Assembly: GCA_029261455.1 (NCBI GenBank)
Contig: JAJDBH010000017.1
Span: forward strand, 5,563 to 69,562
Reading direction: 5' to 3'
Origin: Nitrospinaceae bacterium
GTDB lineage: Bacteria; Nitrospinota; Nitrospinia; Nitrospinales; VA-1
DNA length: 64,000 bases
The translations under genes were made by a program, and so were the position numbers. The notes beneath the pieces were generated by a model. It searched no databases. It worked only from the letters and a program-made list of their open reading frames with translations, and was not told the origin of the DNA. Of this stretch, positions 39,025 to 48,865 are shown one piece after another. How positions within the stretch are numbered: position 1 is the first letter of the stretch; the number at the start of each line of letters is the position of its first letter.

Positions 39025-41331
39025 TCACATGAATTTCCATTTCAAGTCAATAGAGTAAGTTCTGTTTGGAAAAGTATGCGGACCTGTATTTGCGGACTCA
39101 TCAGTTAAGTTGTTAATACCAAAAGAAGCATTAACATTTTGAAATCTATAAGTGGTTTTAAGATCCATGAAAAAATACTCATCCTGTCCACCATCGCCTT
39201 CGAAAATGTCGTCATTCTGAATGCGACCAAATGCTTTGTCCTGCCACCGACCTGCCAGCATGGCATCCCATTTGGTATTGATGTGATACAAAGACTGGAA
39301 CTTGGCTCTAAACTCAGGAACACGAGGTATCTTGTTTCCTTCAGTTGAAGTATTTGAGGTGTGTTCTCTGATTTCAGCGTTGGTGTAAGAAATATTAAAA
39401 TCAAAATCATGCTTCGGAACTAAAAAATCTCTTCTTTTAACTACTATTTCAGCTCCAAATGTTCTGACCTTATCAATATTTACGAAAGTGTTTGTGGTTA
39501 CCGTACCCGTTATATCCTGATCACTGAAAATAGTATCTTCAACATCATCAAAAAACAGGTTCAATTGTGTTGTGGCCTTCGGACGGTAATGCCCCACCAT
39601 CATAGTGACATGCGTCCCAACTTCAGGTTCCAAACCAGAACTTGATAAACTGTTATTTTCCAAGTCATCAATATTTTCAAATAACTCTTCCGGCAAAGGG
39701 AAGCGAGTCGCACGGGCAACGGATAGTCTCAAGTCCAAATCACTATTGGGTTTGAATCCCAAGGAAGCTTTGGGAGAAAAGGCCAAGTCATCACGCTCCA
39801 ACTGTCCCCCTATCTCAGTTGCCGATTCATGCTTGAAACCATTGAATGATCGCCAAGCCTCAGCGCGCCCGCCAATCTGAACATCCCATTTAGAAGCAAA
39901 CTTCCAACCCAAGTTGCCATGAATAGCATGCGTATCTGTTTGACCGCCACTGGAGTTCCTGAAAGAACTATCCTCATCGTCAAAATCAGAACGCTCCCAA
40001 TCTGTAGTGTTGTATTGAGCAACCTTAAGTTTTGCGTGGTCATAATGATAACCAGCCTCAAAGGAAAGATCAGGACGGGCAAGCAATTTATCTTTATTGA
40101 ATTTCAACTCAAACAACTGCCAACCCGTATCAGAAAATTGCGTTATACGTCCTGATCTGTCGAAAGCGGGAGAATCAGGATTCTCATCGGACTGACGTGC
40201 AACATCTTGCATAACGTCATATGCACTCAAGACCGCGTCATAGTTCCACCCATCCCCAAACTTTCCACTTACACCCAACCCAAGGATCAGATCTTGTTTA
40301 TCCTGCTTGGAGACATTAAAATCACTCTCTGATACGGTAAAATCCTTACCATTTAAATTCAATGTGCCAGTCCAGAGTTTATTGCCATTGGCATCCCTGA
40401 TATAGTTATTTACATTCTCTTGATCCCTATGACGATCGAGAAAACCGATAATCCCTCTTAATTTGAGTTTGGATGAAAAGTCATAATTCATTTTCATCTT
40501 AAATAAATCGTTGATGCTGCTTTCTTCACCATCATCGGCGTAAGCAATAGAATCCCGCACTCGTGCATCTAAAAAATTAACGGCTCCTGTAACAGCAGTT
40601 CCAGCACCGGCAGCCACATTATTTTTAACCGTAGTGTTTGTGGGTTGAGTCTGAGTATCCAAACGGTTGTAAAAAACATAATAAGAAAGATCACCAATTT
40701 TATTTCCGTGGGAAAAAAATGTTTTATAGCCTGGCGCACTTCCCTTACTTTCAAAAACCTCCCAATCCTGAACCCAGCCTGTGGTTTGTAATGTCCATTC
40801 TTCACCCTCAGGTTGCCTTGATGAAATATCAATCACTCCCCCCATGGAGTTACCACTATGCTTGGGAGAAAAAGGTCCATAAGTAATATTGACAGCTTCT
40901 GTTTCATCAGCAGCCACAAAGTTCCACTGAGGTGCTCCGTTAAAACGCGTTCGTAACATGCTGTGAAGTGGGAAACCATCCACAAAAAGCATATGGCGAG
41001 CAGTTTGAAAATTCCCATTACCTCTCATGGAAATAACCCCATTAGGGTCACCAAAGTATCGCCGCCTTATTTCCAAATTAGGAGCATATCTAACTGTATC
41101 CTCTGCTGAAATAGTAGTTATCGCATCTATTTCTGAACGATCCACTTTGAATTTTGATGTTGGAATCGGCATGAAATCTTCAAACGTATCGCGGATTTCT
41201 GCTCTGGGAGCATCAATGACCAGCTCTTCCAAGTTTTTGGCCTCATTATCATCGGCGGCATGCACCACTGCAGAAGAAAAAAGGAACAAACTTAGAGACA
41301 ACATTAAAAAATTACGGTTTAAACTATACAC
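39025..41331 (-). CDS. TonB-dependent outer-membrane receptor
   Basis: 768 aa with a signal peptide. It has a plug-domain N-terminus and a long beta-barrel. The C-terminus is ...YSIDLKWKFM. Substrate not inferable. Confidence 0.9.
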   Translation of the reverse strand: MYSLNRNFLMLSLSLFLFSSAVVHAADDNEAKNLEELVIDAPRAEIRDTFEDFMPIPTSKFKVDRSEIDAITTISAEDTVRYAPNLEIRRRYFGDPNGVISMRGNGNFQTARHMLFVDGFPLHSMLRTRFNGAPQWNFVAADETEAVNITYGPFSPKHSGNSMGGVIDISSRQPEGEEWTLQTTGWVQDWEVFESKGSAPGYKTFFSHGNKIGDLSYYVFYNRLDTQTQPTNTTVKNNVAAGAGTAVTGAVNFLDARVRDSIAYADDGEESSINDLFKMKMNYDFSSKLKLRGIIGFLDRHRDQENVNNYIRDANGNKLWTGTLNLNGKDFTVSESDFNVSKQDKQDLILGLGVSGKFGDGWNYDAVLSAYDVMQDVARQSDENPDSPAFDRSGRITQFSDTGWQLFELKFNKDKLLARPDLSFEAGYHYDHAKLKVAQYNTTDWERSDFDDEDSSFRNSSGGQTDTHAIHGNLGWKFASKWDVQIGGRAEAWRSFNGFKHESATEIGGQLERDDLAFSPKASLGFKPNSDLDLRLSVARATRFPLPEELFENIDDLENNSLSSSGLEPEVGTHVTMMVGHYRPKATTQLNLFFDDVEDTIFSDQDITGTVTTNTFVNIDKVRTFGAEIVVKRRDFLVPKHDFDFNISYTNAEIREHTSNTSTEGNKIPRVPEFRAKFQSLYHINTKWDAMLAGRWQDKAFGRIQNDDIFEGDGGQDEYFFMDLKTTYRFQNVNASFGINNLTDESANTGPHTFPNRTYSIDLKWKFM

Positions 41332-41487
41332 AGAGCAATCCTCCCTACAAGGCGCAGAAATTTCAAAATCACGTAATTCTCCACTTTAGAGCCTGAACTC
41401 TTCACTCTGATTAAAAATAAAGAAAGAACGGAGTACGGGCCTTGAATGGAATCACACTAAATTATTTTGGGAACTAAAAAGGATGTA

Positions 41488-41907
41488 CTAAAGAACTATG
41501 GGGGGAGGATCCAAAGAGTCGATGAAACTTTGATAAGACATCAATACTATAGGGGTGAATCTTTCATCTGGGGAAATTTGAATCAGAGGCGTAGCTGATG
41601 CCTCCACAAATTCGCTACCAAAAGAGGTAGAGTTGGGAATGGCACCTGAAGTGTTACCACCACAATCTGTGGCAATATGAGCAGTTTGACTACGCTCAGG
41701 CTTTGAATGCGGACAAAAACCTTGGTGAGTATGAGCTCTTAGAAGACAGTGCAAAGACCGATCTTCTTTTTTCCCATCAAAAGGAGAAACTGAAGTGGTC
41801 TGATGCTGATGGTGATCTCCATGCATATGGGGCTTTGCCAGCGCACTGGTGGCGCCGAAAAGGGCCCATACCAAAACCACAATCAAAATGTTTCTCATCA
41901 GGGACAT
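41488..41907 (-). CDS. secreted His/Cys-rich hypothetical protein (possible metal binding)
   Basis: 139 aa with a signal peptide. Mature N-terminus KPHMHGDHHQHQ, then LHCLLRAHTHQGFCPHS and DCGG. First gene of the TonB locus. Confidence 0.5.
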   Translation of the reverse strand: MSLMRNILIVVLVWALFGATSALAKPHMHGDHHQHQTTSVSPFDGKKEDRSLHCLLRAHTHQGFCPHSKPERSQTAHIATDCGGNTSGAIPNSTSFGSEFVEASATPLIQISPDERFTPIVLMSYQSFIDSLDPPPIVL

Positions 41908-42031
41908 ATCTTATATTCAAAAAATATTTGTATAAAAAAAATCAATATAGGTCTTATAGAGCTTTATTGTCAATATTTTATTCCTACTTTCTCAACACAA
42001 AAATGAAACAATGATAAAAAATTTATTCAAA

Positions 42032-42685
42032 TCACTTGCTCAATTGCTTTTGTAGTAGGGAAATTTCTCCTTCAGAAAATTTAAAGTGAAAGCTGAAGTA
42101 GTTTGAGGACTGGTTTTTCATATGCCTCAATATTTCAACATACTTACCAAACTTTAAAGAAAGTTTTTCTAACACATCGGACAATCCCGAACGCCCCCCC
42201 CTTGCATTTCTCAGGCTACAGGCTGCGGCGTTGTAATATGATCCGCCCTTATCAAAATACTTTTCGCCCAAAATATTGGTGTCTGAACTAAACAATCCTA
42301 GATGAAAGAGGAGAAAGTCCGCATTAACCCTGAAAGCCTGGTATTTTTGGGATTGGAGTTTTAGATCAATGGCAATTTGCCCGACATCGGAATTGGTACC
42401 CACTAAATACTGTTGAGCTAGAATTGTTGACCTTGGGTTTACCATTTCGGCAAGCATCAAGCTGATGTATTGATTGACATCTTCCTCATATTCCAAATTA
42501 TTAGCTTTGATCTCTTTTTCGTGGGACTGAAGCCAAGTCTCGTTTCTTCCTTCTTCAAAAATGGGATCGTATTCATCATTTGAGGGTTTATTGTCGCTGA
42601 TACGCGCTCTCAGAAACTGATCCGAAAAAAAAGATTCTGTAGTATCCGTTTCCATCGTGTCCATATATGAAAATTGAACTGGCAT
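42032..42685 (-). CDS. hypothetical protein
   Basis: 217-aa ORF. Acidic N-terminus; no motif recognised. Confidence 0.5.
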   Translation of the reverse strand: MPVQFSYMDTMETDTTESFFSDQFLRARISDNKPSNDEYDPIFEEGRNETWLQSHEKEIKANNLEYEEDVNQYISLMLAEMVNPRSTILAQQYLVGTNSDVGQIAIDLKLQSQKYQAFRVNADFLLFHLGLFSSDTNILGEKYFDKGGSYYNAAACSLRNARGGRSGLSDVLEKLSLKFGKYVEILRHMKNQSSNYFSFHFKFSEGEISLLQKQLSK

Positions 42686-42879
42686 GCGAACCTCCTGTTA
42701 GAAAAGTTAACCCATCAGGCACTCTTACAGGTTTGCATAAAATAGAATAAATTCAATGATTAAAACTACTTAGAGGGTAGTTTAGCAGCCAACACATGAG
42801 TCTGCTAACAATCAGCCTGATTTAAAAGTATAGGTGCTGATAAAATATTTGTTCGCTTTAATATCACAGGGTAGGAAGT

Positions 42880-42923
42880 AAAAAGAACCAACACTCCGAG
42901 TCCTGAAAAGGACCACCGGAGTG
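42880..42923 (-). terminator. intrinsic terminator after the chemoreceptor gene
   Basis: Minus strand: CACTCCGgtGGTCC-tttt-caGGACtCGGAGTG hairpin followed by ttggTTCTTTTT, about 45 nt after the stop. Confidence 0.6.
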
Positions 42924-42966
42924 CTGGGGATTGTGCTGGCTTTAACTAGGAAAAGTTTCTTTCCTC

Positions 42967-45654
42967 TTATACCTTGAACTTGCTAACCAATTGCTGTAGA
43001 TCAACGGCCATTTTAGATAACTCTTGCGTGGCCTGTTGGCTCTGTGCAACACCGGTTGAAGTTTCATTTGCAGCCTGAGCAACACCGGTAATGTTTTGAT
43101 TGATCTCCTGACTTCCTTTGGCGGCCTGCTGAACATTACGCTCCATTTCTGCTGTTGTTGCAGTTTGTTCTTCCACCGCACTAGCTATGGTGTTGGAAAT
43201 ATCATTGATACGATTAATAATTTCGCTAATCTCTCCGATAGCCTGAACCGAGTTTTGCGAATCCGTCTGGATGGTTCCAATTTTCTGGCTGATCTCATCC
43301 GTGGCCTTTGCAGTCTGATTAGCCAGTTCTTTCACCTCATTGGCCACCACAGCAAACCCCTTACCAGCTTCTCCGGCACGAGCAGCTTCAATAGTAGCGT
43401 TGAGGGCTAGCAAGTTAGTCTGTTCAGCAATAGAAGTGATGACCTTGATCACCTTACCAATCTCCTCACTACTATCCCCTAACTTGGTTACATTCTCGTT
43501 GGCCTTCTTAACCACCGTAACAGCCTCGCCCGCTACCCGTGCAGCTTCGGTGGCGTTCCTGGAAATTTCGTGGATGCTGGCACTCATCTCTTCAGTACCC
43601 GTAGCCACGATTTGTACACTGCTACTGATTTCTTCCGAGGCTCCAGAGACCACATTTGCCTGGGCAGAAGTCTCTTCAGCTGCGGCTCCCATCTGTTGAC
43701 CTGTCGCTGTCAATTCCTCTGAAGAACTGCTTAAAACCTGGGCCGATTCAGAAATACTGGATATATCATTCTTTAGATTGCCCAGTAACGTTTTCAAACC
43801 TGACGCCATCTGACCGATCGCATCCTGCCCGTTCTGAGTAATTGTGTGAGTGAGGTCGCCTTGCGCTGCCGCATTCACAACCACTAACAGGCTGTCGACT
43901 TTCTCTTTCAATATTTCAGCCTGCTTTTGTTCTTTCTCTGCTTGTTCTCTCTCTAGTCGGGCTTTTTCCTCAACACTCTTTCTTTCTTGTTCTGCTTGCT
44001 CTAACTTGAGAGCTTCCTGCTCTTTGGCAACACGTGTCATCTCAGCATCAGTTTTTACTTTCTCTCTGAGAGAGTTGACCATACTCCCAAAGGATTCCGC
44101 CAATTCGCCCTTAAGGTCATACTCATTACCCAGTTCACCGTTGGCAATGTCTCCGGCTTGAGAAGCAATATTCTGCATCGCTTCACTCATCTCATTATAA
44201 GTCCCCTGCAATTCACCTATCTCATCGCCAGAAGTAATAATCAGAGTTTGGCTTCTCAGATCACCATCAGCAATTTTGCGCATGGCCCTTGCGATTTGAC
44301 GAATTCGTTTTGAAAAACTCGTAGCAATAAACAGAGCAATGATGAGGATACCTATAACTAAACCAATACCAAGGTAGATGCTTGCTTCACGAATATTTTT
44401 CTGTACTATAAAAGCTTCTTCTTCGTCTATTTCGGCAAGAATTCCCCACTTCAATCCTAGAATATCAACGGGGCCATAGGCACTCAGTACCGAAACCCCA
44501 CGATAATCAGGAAAAACTTGAAAACTCTTATCACCTTTCAAGCTGGCGATGGAACCAGCAGTTTTCACTTCACTGATACCTATGTTTGTCTTTAAAGATT
44601 TTTGCTTTTCAATGCTCTCTGAATCTACTCCCAGTTCATTGAGGAATTTAAAATATTCATCGGGAGATTCGATAAGAAACCGCGAGTTGTTTCGCATTTT
44701 AAAATCCTGCCCAACCAGATAGACTTCTCCTGAATATCCCAGACCAACGCTCTTCCAATCGTTTCCGCTCGTCATTACATCGTTGATTCTATCCACAGGA
44801 GCCTGGAATATCAGAACCCCAATGACTTCACCGACATCATAAATGGGTGAAGCAATGAAAGATGCCGAAGCATTATAAGAAGGTTCATAGGGGTCAAAGT
44901 CTTCAATAACTACCGCGTCTGGACTACCAGCGGCCAAAGCCTTTCGGAACACTCTTCCAATGCCGGAGTCTTTGTAGGGACCGGTTTTAAGGTTTGTCGC
45001 GAAATCTACTTCCTTAAAAACACTGTATGTAATGAATCCAGAATCCGCATCGACAAGAAAAATATCATAATACCCAAACTCCTCGAGAAACTGGCGAATT
45101 GTCGGATGGTATTGCTCATGGATCTGACTGTACCGGCTCTTATCACTGGCGGCATCAAGTTTATGTTTTTCTCCAATAGCACTGGGGTTATCAGCAATAT
45201 AAAGTTTTTGCAATATCTGTGAGGCCTTACCTTTTGGCGTCCATCGTCCCACTGCATCACTAGTTGCTCCCGGAGTATTTGCTTTTTGGTATTGGTAACG
45301 TTGAGAAAGCTTACTTTCCAGGTTTATTGAATCACTGGGTATAGTCTGCTCTTCCACCTGCTTAAATGCTGTGGTGAATTTATCCATAGCATCAACCACC
45401 ATGAAGCTTTTGGAAAAAGTGACTGCCTGTGAAGCAATGCCCTTGAAATAATTTTCTACTTGAATCCTTTTGGTTTCACGTAGGGATACCAAGCGTTCCT
45501 TGTTCGTCTGTAAAGTCAGGCCTGCAACTTTTTCAGAGGAGTAGAAATAAAAAATCACGAATGGTGTTAATCCAATGAATATTAATAAACCTGTAATTTT
45601 TTGTTTGAGACCCCACTTTCCAGCCCCTTTATTCTTCCCCGTGTTTATTTTCAT
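42967..45654 (-). CDS. methyl-accepting chemotaxis protein with large periplasmic Cache-like sensor, HAMP and Glu/Lys-rich coiled-coil insert
   Basis: 895 aa. Highly conserved signalling hairpin [31 protein letters not shown]. Two TM segments flank a periplasmic domain of about 400 aa. Confidence 0.9.
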   Translation of the reverse strand: MKINTGKNKGAGKWGLKQKITGLLIFIGLTPFVIFYFYSSEKVAGLTLQTNKERLVSLRETKRIQVENYFKGIASQAVTFSKSFMVVDAMDKFTTAFKQVEEQTIPSDSINLESKLSQRYQYQKANTPGATSDAVGRWTPKGKASQILQKLYIADNPSAIGEKHKLDAASDKSRYSQIHEQYHPTIRQFLEEFGYYDIFLVDADSGFITYSVFKEVDFATNLKTGPYKDSGIGRVFRKALAAGSPDAVVIEDFDPYEPSYNASASFIASPIYDVGEVIGVLIFQAPVDRINDVMTSGNDWKSVGLGYSGEVYLVGQDFKMRNNSRFLIESPDEYFKFLNELGVDSESIEKQKSLKTNIGISEVKTAGSIASLKGDKSFQVFPDYRGVSVLSAYGPVDILGLKWGILAEIDEEEAFIVQKNIREASIYLGIGLVIGILIIALFIATSFSKRIRQIARAMRKIADGDLRSQTLIITSGDEIGELQGTYNEMSEAMQNIASQAGDIANGELGNEYDLKGELAESFGSMVNSLREKVKTDAEMTRVAKEQEALKLEQAEQERKSVEEKARLEREQAEKEQKQAEILKEKVDSLLVVVNAAAQGDLTHTITQNGQDAIGQMASGLKTLLGNLKNDISSISESAQVLSSSSEELTATGQQMGAAAEETSAQANVVSGASEEISSSVQIVATGTEEMSASIHEISRNATEAARVAGEAVTVVKKANENVTKLGDSSEEIGKVIKVITSIAEQTNLLALNATIEAARAGEAGKGFAVVANEVKELANQTAKATDEISQKIGTIQTDSQNSVQAIGEISEIINRINDISNTIASAVEEQTATTAEMERNVQQAAKGSQEINQNITGVAQAANETSTGVAQSQQATQELSKMAVDLQQLVSKFKV

Positions 45655-45896
45655 TGTTCACCTTCCGTTAAAAGCTATGGTTTAACTCTCATTAAACTTC
45701 GAACGCCCGCGCACATAATCACATGCAAGGTTAATATTTACACAAAAACCAACACACTTTGAAATCAATATTCAATTGTCATAAACAATTGATTTATTGT
45801 CAATGAAATTCTAACAAACACACCAAAATAAATTATAGATACAATTAAATATATATTTTACAATATGTTATGGTATTACAGTGAGGATAAATCAGG

Positions 45897-47087
45897 TTAG
45901 CAGAACAACTTTCTAGCTTGAAAAGTTGCTTCATCGTGGATTTTCTTAACAGGGACTTTTCGCTTACTAGCGGTTTTCTTACAATCTTCGTACTCAGGGG
46001 ATACCTGAATGACTTTTCCATTTAATTTTCCAACCTTTACTTTTATGGAACCCCATGAAGTTTTAACGGTTTTCATTTCTCGGTCCAATACCGTTCTATC
46101 AACCTTGTAATAGCGGATACCAAAACTCGATGTTTCCTGAAGAATAATTTCGGTCAATGCTTGTCTATTAATCTCATTAGAAAGAACGGAAATTTTGGTA
46201 GCGGGACGATTCTTTTTCATAATTATCTGACTCAAATAAACATCCAGAGCTCCAGCTTGAAATAAAGAGTCCATAGCCGCCTCATAAAGTTCTGGATTCA
46301 TATCGTCTATATTAGTTTCGATTAAAACAAGTTCTTCATCGGACTCTTCATCAACTTCACCAAGTATAACTCTCAGCATATTGGGCATTGCTGGGATGAT
46401 GTGGTCCCCTGCCCCGTATCCATCATCGATAACTTTCATAGCAGGTAAAGACCCAAAATGATCGGCATAAAACCCAATCATGGCGGCTCCCGTTGGAGTC
46501 GTCAGCTCCTTTTTAACACCACTTGAAAAAGTGGGCATACCTTTTAAAAGTTTCAATGTAGCCGGAGCAGGAACGGGAAGGCAACCATGAGTGCATTCAA
46601 CAAACCCTTCACCCACATTGAGAGGAGAGGAATAAATTCTATCAAGTTTTAAGGATTCAATAGCAATCACACCGCCTACTACATCCACTATTGAATCCAC
46701 AGCCCCGACTTCATGAAAGTGAATTTTCTCTAGGGTTGTTTTGTGTATAGCTGCTTCAACTGCAGCAATACGTCTAAAAACTTCCAGAGAATTTTTTTTT
46801 ATCGTTGAAGACAGATCTGAATCGGCAAGCAGTCTTTTGATATCAGAATATTTCCGCGCTTTATGGAGGGAATGTGCAACTTTTTCTATTTTGACCTGAG
46901 CCTTGGTACCAGCGATGAGACCGCGCTGAACTTGACGGGTTTGTAGTTTGTAACCTTTGAGATCAAGAGTTTTAAGAGCCTTACGAATTTTACCGGGGCT
47001 CACCCCTAGGTCAATCAAGGCACCCAAAATCATGTCCCCGCTGATACCGGAATAACAATAAAAATAAGCGACACGGAGGGGTTTCAA
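45897..47087 (-). CDS. larC: LarC-family nickel insertion protein (DUF111)
   Basis: 396 aa. The N-terminal YFYCYSGISGDMILGALIDLGV and HFHEVGAVDSIVDVVG motifs are typical of LarC. TTG start. Confidence 0.85.
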   Translation of the reverse strand: MKPLRVAYFYCYSGISGDMILGALIDLGVSPGKIRKALKTLDLKGYKLQTRQVQRGLIAGTKAQVKIEKVAHSLHKARKYSDIKRLLADSDLSSTIKKNSLEVFRRIAAVEAAIHKTTLEKIHFHEVGAVDSIVDVVGGVIAIESLKLDRIYSSPLNVGEGFVECTHGCLPVPAPATLKLLKGMPTFSSGVKKELTTPTGAAMIGFYADHFGSLPAMKVIDDGYGAGDHIIPAMPNMLRVILGEVDEESDEELVLIETNIDDMNPELYEAAMDSLFQAGALDVYLSQIIMKKNRPATKISVLSNEINRQALTEIILQETSSFGIRYYKVDRTVLDREMKTVKTSWGSIKVKVGKLNGKVIQVSPEYEDCKKTASKRKVPVKKIHDEATFQARKLFC

Positions 47088-47093
47088 AGTAGT

Positions 47094-47645
47094 TTATTTT
47101 CTGAAGGAGACTTCAAATAAATCCTTAATTGCCTTTTTACCGTTAGCACTTAAAAAACGGGTGCCGGTTCCAGCAAAGGATTTGCATTTTATTTTTGGCT
47201 GTTTTTCTTTTTTCCAAGAGTCGCTACTCCACTTGAACCAACAGTCCTGCTCCTGGTCAAAAACGTGGAGAGGTTTGTTACACAGTTTGCTGAATTCCGC
47301 GCCCCACCCTGTTCCACCTTTGACAGTTCCATCATCGAGAATTTGCCCTACAACAAACACTTCTTCAGCACAATTGATCTGATGCCAAATACTCTGCAGA
47401 ACTTTTTTGAACAGCTTGCCAGTATTAAATTTACGATTCATCAGTTTGGAGATATAAGCTAAGCTGACATCACCTTTAAGCAGTTCATCGGTGGTCAACA
47501 CCCTCACCCCTCGTGAGCGAAAGATTTTATGTCCCTCAAAAGTCAAATTCACTTCTTGGGCACCCACCTTCTCGCTCTGCTTGCCAAACTCAGCCTCGGC
47601 ACCTTGAGCACCACCACTGTATAAAACAAAATTTTGCGGTTTCAT
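47094..47645 (-). CDS. LOG/DprA-like (SLOG superfamily) Rossmann-fold protein, function unknown
   Basis: 183 aa. N-terminal strand plus Gly-rich loop VLYSGGAQGAEAEFG, and a later GGTGWGAEF motif. These resemble the GGxxGxD and GGxGTxxE loops of the LOG/DprA/YpsA clade. Ends 6 nt before larC. Confidence 0.4.
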   Translation of the reverse strand: MKPQNFVLYSGGAQGAEAEFGKQSEKVGAQEVNLTFEGHKIFRSRGVRVLTTDELLKGDVSLAYISKLMNRKFNTGKLFKKVLQSIWHQINCAEEVFVVGQILDDGTVKGGTGWGAEFSKLCNKPLHVFDQEQDCWFKWSSDSWKKEKQPKIKCKSFAGTGTRFLSANGKKAIKDLFEVSFRK

Positions 47646-47761
47646 TTTATTCTGGGGATTAAAGGTTAAAAAAATTACTCGTGGAATTCAAATTATCAAA
47701 AGGATCAGGCTTTGGAAAGGACAATTAAGAGGAGGTTTCCTCAAGAAGTGGTTTTTGAGGT

Positions 47762-48046
47762 CTAAACTTTTTTAAAGAAGCGGCTCAAAATACCCTTCTT
47801 CTTCACCTTCTGACCATGATCATGGACAAGATCCTCCATGACTGTGGCCTTTTCCTGATTCTGGTCGATAAAGAGTTGAATGAGAATATGGCAGGAATGA
47901 CAACCTCCACCGGCCTCACAAGCACCTGTGACGGAATCAATATCTTTTAAATTATCCTTGGCAATGACTTCGCGAATAGTGCTCTCTTTAACCTGATAGC
48001 ACTGGCAAATGACTTCGTCGATTTCAACAGCAGGCGGAAGATTCAT
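47762..48046 (-). CDS. BFD-like [2Fe-2S]-binding domain protein
   Basis: 94 aa. C.C....................C.AGGGC.SC pattern (ICQCYQV...TGACEAGGGCHSC). Confidence 0.75.
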   Translation of the reverse strand: MNLPPAVEIDEVICQCYQVKESTIREVIAKDNLKDIDSVTGACEAGGGCHSCHILIQLFIDQNQEKATVMEDLVHDHGQKVKKKGILSRFFKKV

Positions 48047-48223
48047 GAATTCAAAGCAATAAAGTGTGAGCCCAGAATGATAACGATTCTCAATATTTTA
48101 ACTCAATCGTGGCCTGATGTCTACTATGCTATAAATATTTGCTGTGAGGATAACAAGCTAATAAAAAAGATCCTATTTGGTGAAATTTATTCCCGATTTT
48201 CAGTATCCAAGTTAGTGTCAAGC

Positions 48224-48496
48224 TCACCATTTTACTATCTCAAATAGGTTACTAAAATCATCCGTCCAGTTGATGGGCTTGAGTACATTGTACCAATCAT
48301 CCTGAAAACTTCCAACATCGTCATCATTGATAAAGGCTTGATTACTGGTAATATTCACCCAATCGATACTGACATCAAGGCTATCACTACTGACACCATC
48401 TTCTATGAAAATCGCTTCTTTGTATGCATGGATAGCCATTTGACGTATAACATCTGCAATCTGCGTTCTCACACAGTCTGGGCCGAAAGCGGACAC
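48224..48496 (-). CDS. acidic hypothetical protein
   Basis: 90-aa ORF with a GTG start and no clear RBS. Asp/Glu-rich (for example INDDDVGSFQDDWY) and contains Trp. No homolog recognised, so coding status is uncertain. Confidence 0.35.
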   Translation of the reverse strand: MSAFGPDCVRTQIADVIRQMAIHAYKEAIFIEDGVSSDSLDVSIDWVNITSNQAFINDDDVGSFQDDWYNVLKPINWTDDFSNLFEIVKW

Positions 48497-48650
48497 TAAC
48501 GCCTAAAGTAGCAACTGCGTAACAGTCTAGCCATAAATTGGCGATACAACCATCCTTGTTATTTTTGAAGGGGTCAAGTCGCTACTTGACTATATCTCAA
48601 CCCTGAGTTCTGTTGTTGGGTTTTATCTTTGTGGCACAAATAATGGTAGG

Positions 48651-48772
48651 GGGAGTATCCTTCGAGTGCCTCAGGATGGCGATGGAAAAAGCCAACTCTC
48701 TCTCAAACATCAAACCTTCAAACGATCAGGCTTGAGCACCTATGAAGGGAGGGAAGTAAACTTCACGTCTTC
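48651..48772. repeat. copy A of a ~120-nt intergenic repeat
   Basis: My hand alignment with 49943-50062 shows about 13 substitutions and one 1-nt indel over about 117 nt. The shared core is atccttcgagt.cctcaggatg...aagccaac...ccttcaaac.atcaggcttgag..cctatgaagg.agggaagta. Confidence 0.75.
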
Positions 48773-48865
48773 GAGTGTTTTCCCTTTTCAACTCCAACTA
48801 CTGATTCAATAAGAGCTCCTATAGTTTCCTTCTAGTTTTCATCTGGATTAATATATATCTATTAC

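Noticed and set aside
41908-42031. A possible Fur/Zur box upstream of the TonB locus (ttatcattgtttcatt on the minus strand).
   Set aside because: It only partly resembles the GATAATGATAATCATTATC consensus and lies in generally AT-rich DNA. By eye it cannot be distinguished from background.
43850-44200. Periodic Glu/Lys-coding DNA in the MCP gene, and likewise in the coiled-coil gene at 59.4-61.7 kb, that could look like a tandem repeat or CRISPR-like array.
   Set aside because: There are no exact repeat units or unique spacers. The periodicity is explained by heptad-repeat coding sequence. No CRISPR array or cas gene is seen anywhere in the window.
48676-48735. A 19-codon plus-strand ORF inside repeat copy A (MAMEKANSLSNIKPSNDQA). 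Its counterpart in copy B (49968..50027, MTMGKANPPSIIKPSNNQA) has the same length and the same stop position.
   Set aside because: Of the seven codon differences between the copies, six are non-synonymous and one synonymous, which is not a purifying-selection pattern. The only SD-like AGGA abuts the ATG with no spacer. Frame preservation may be chance in a 60-nt stretch. It is kept as a caveat within the repeat finding rather than called as a gene.
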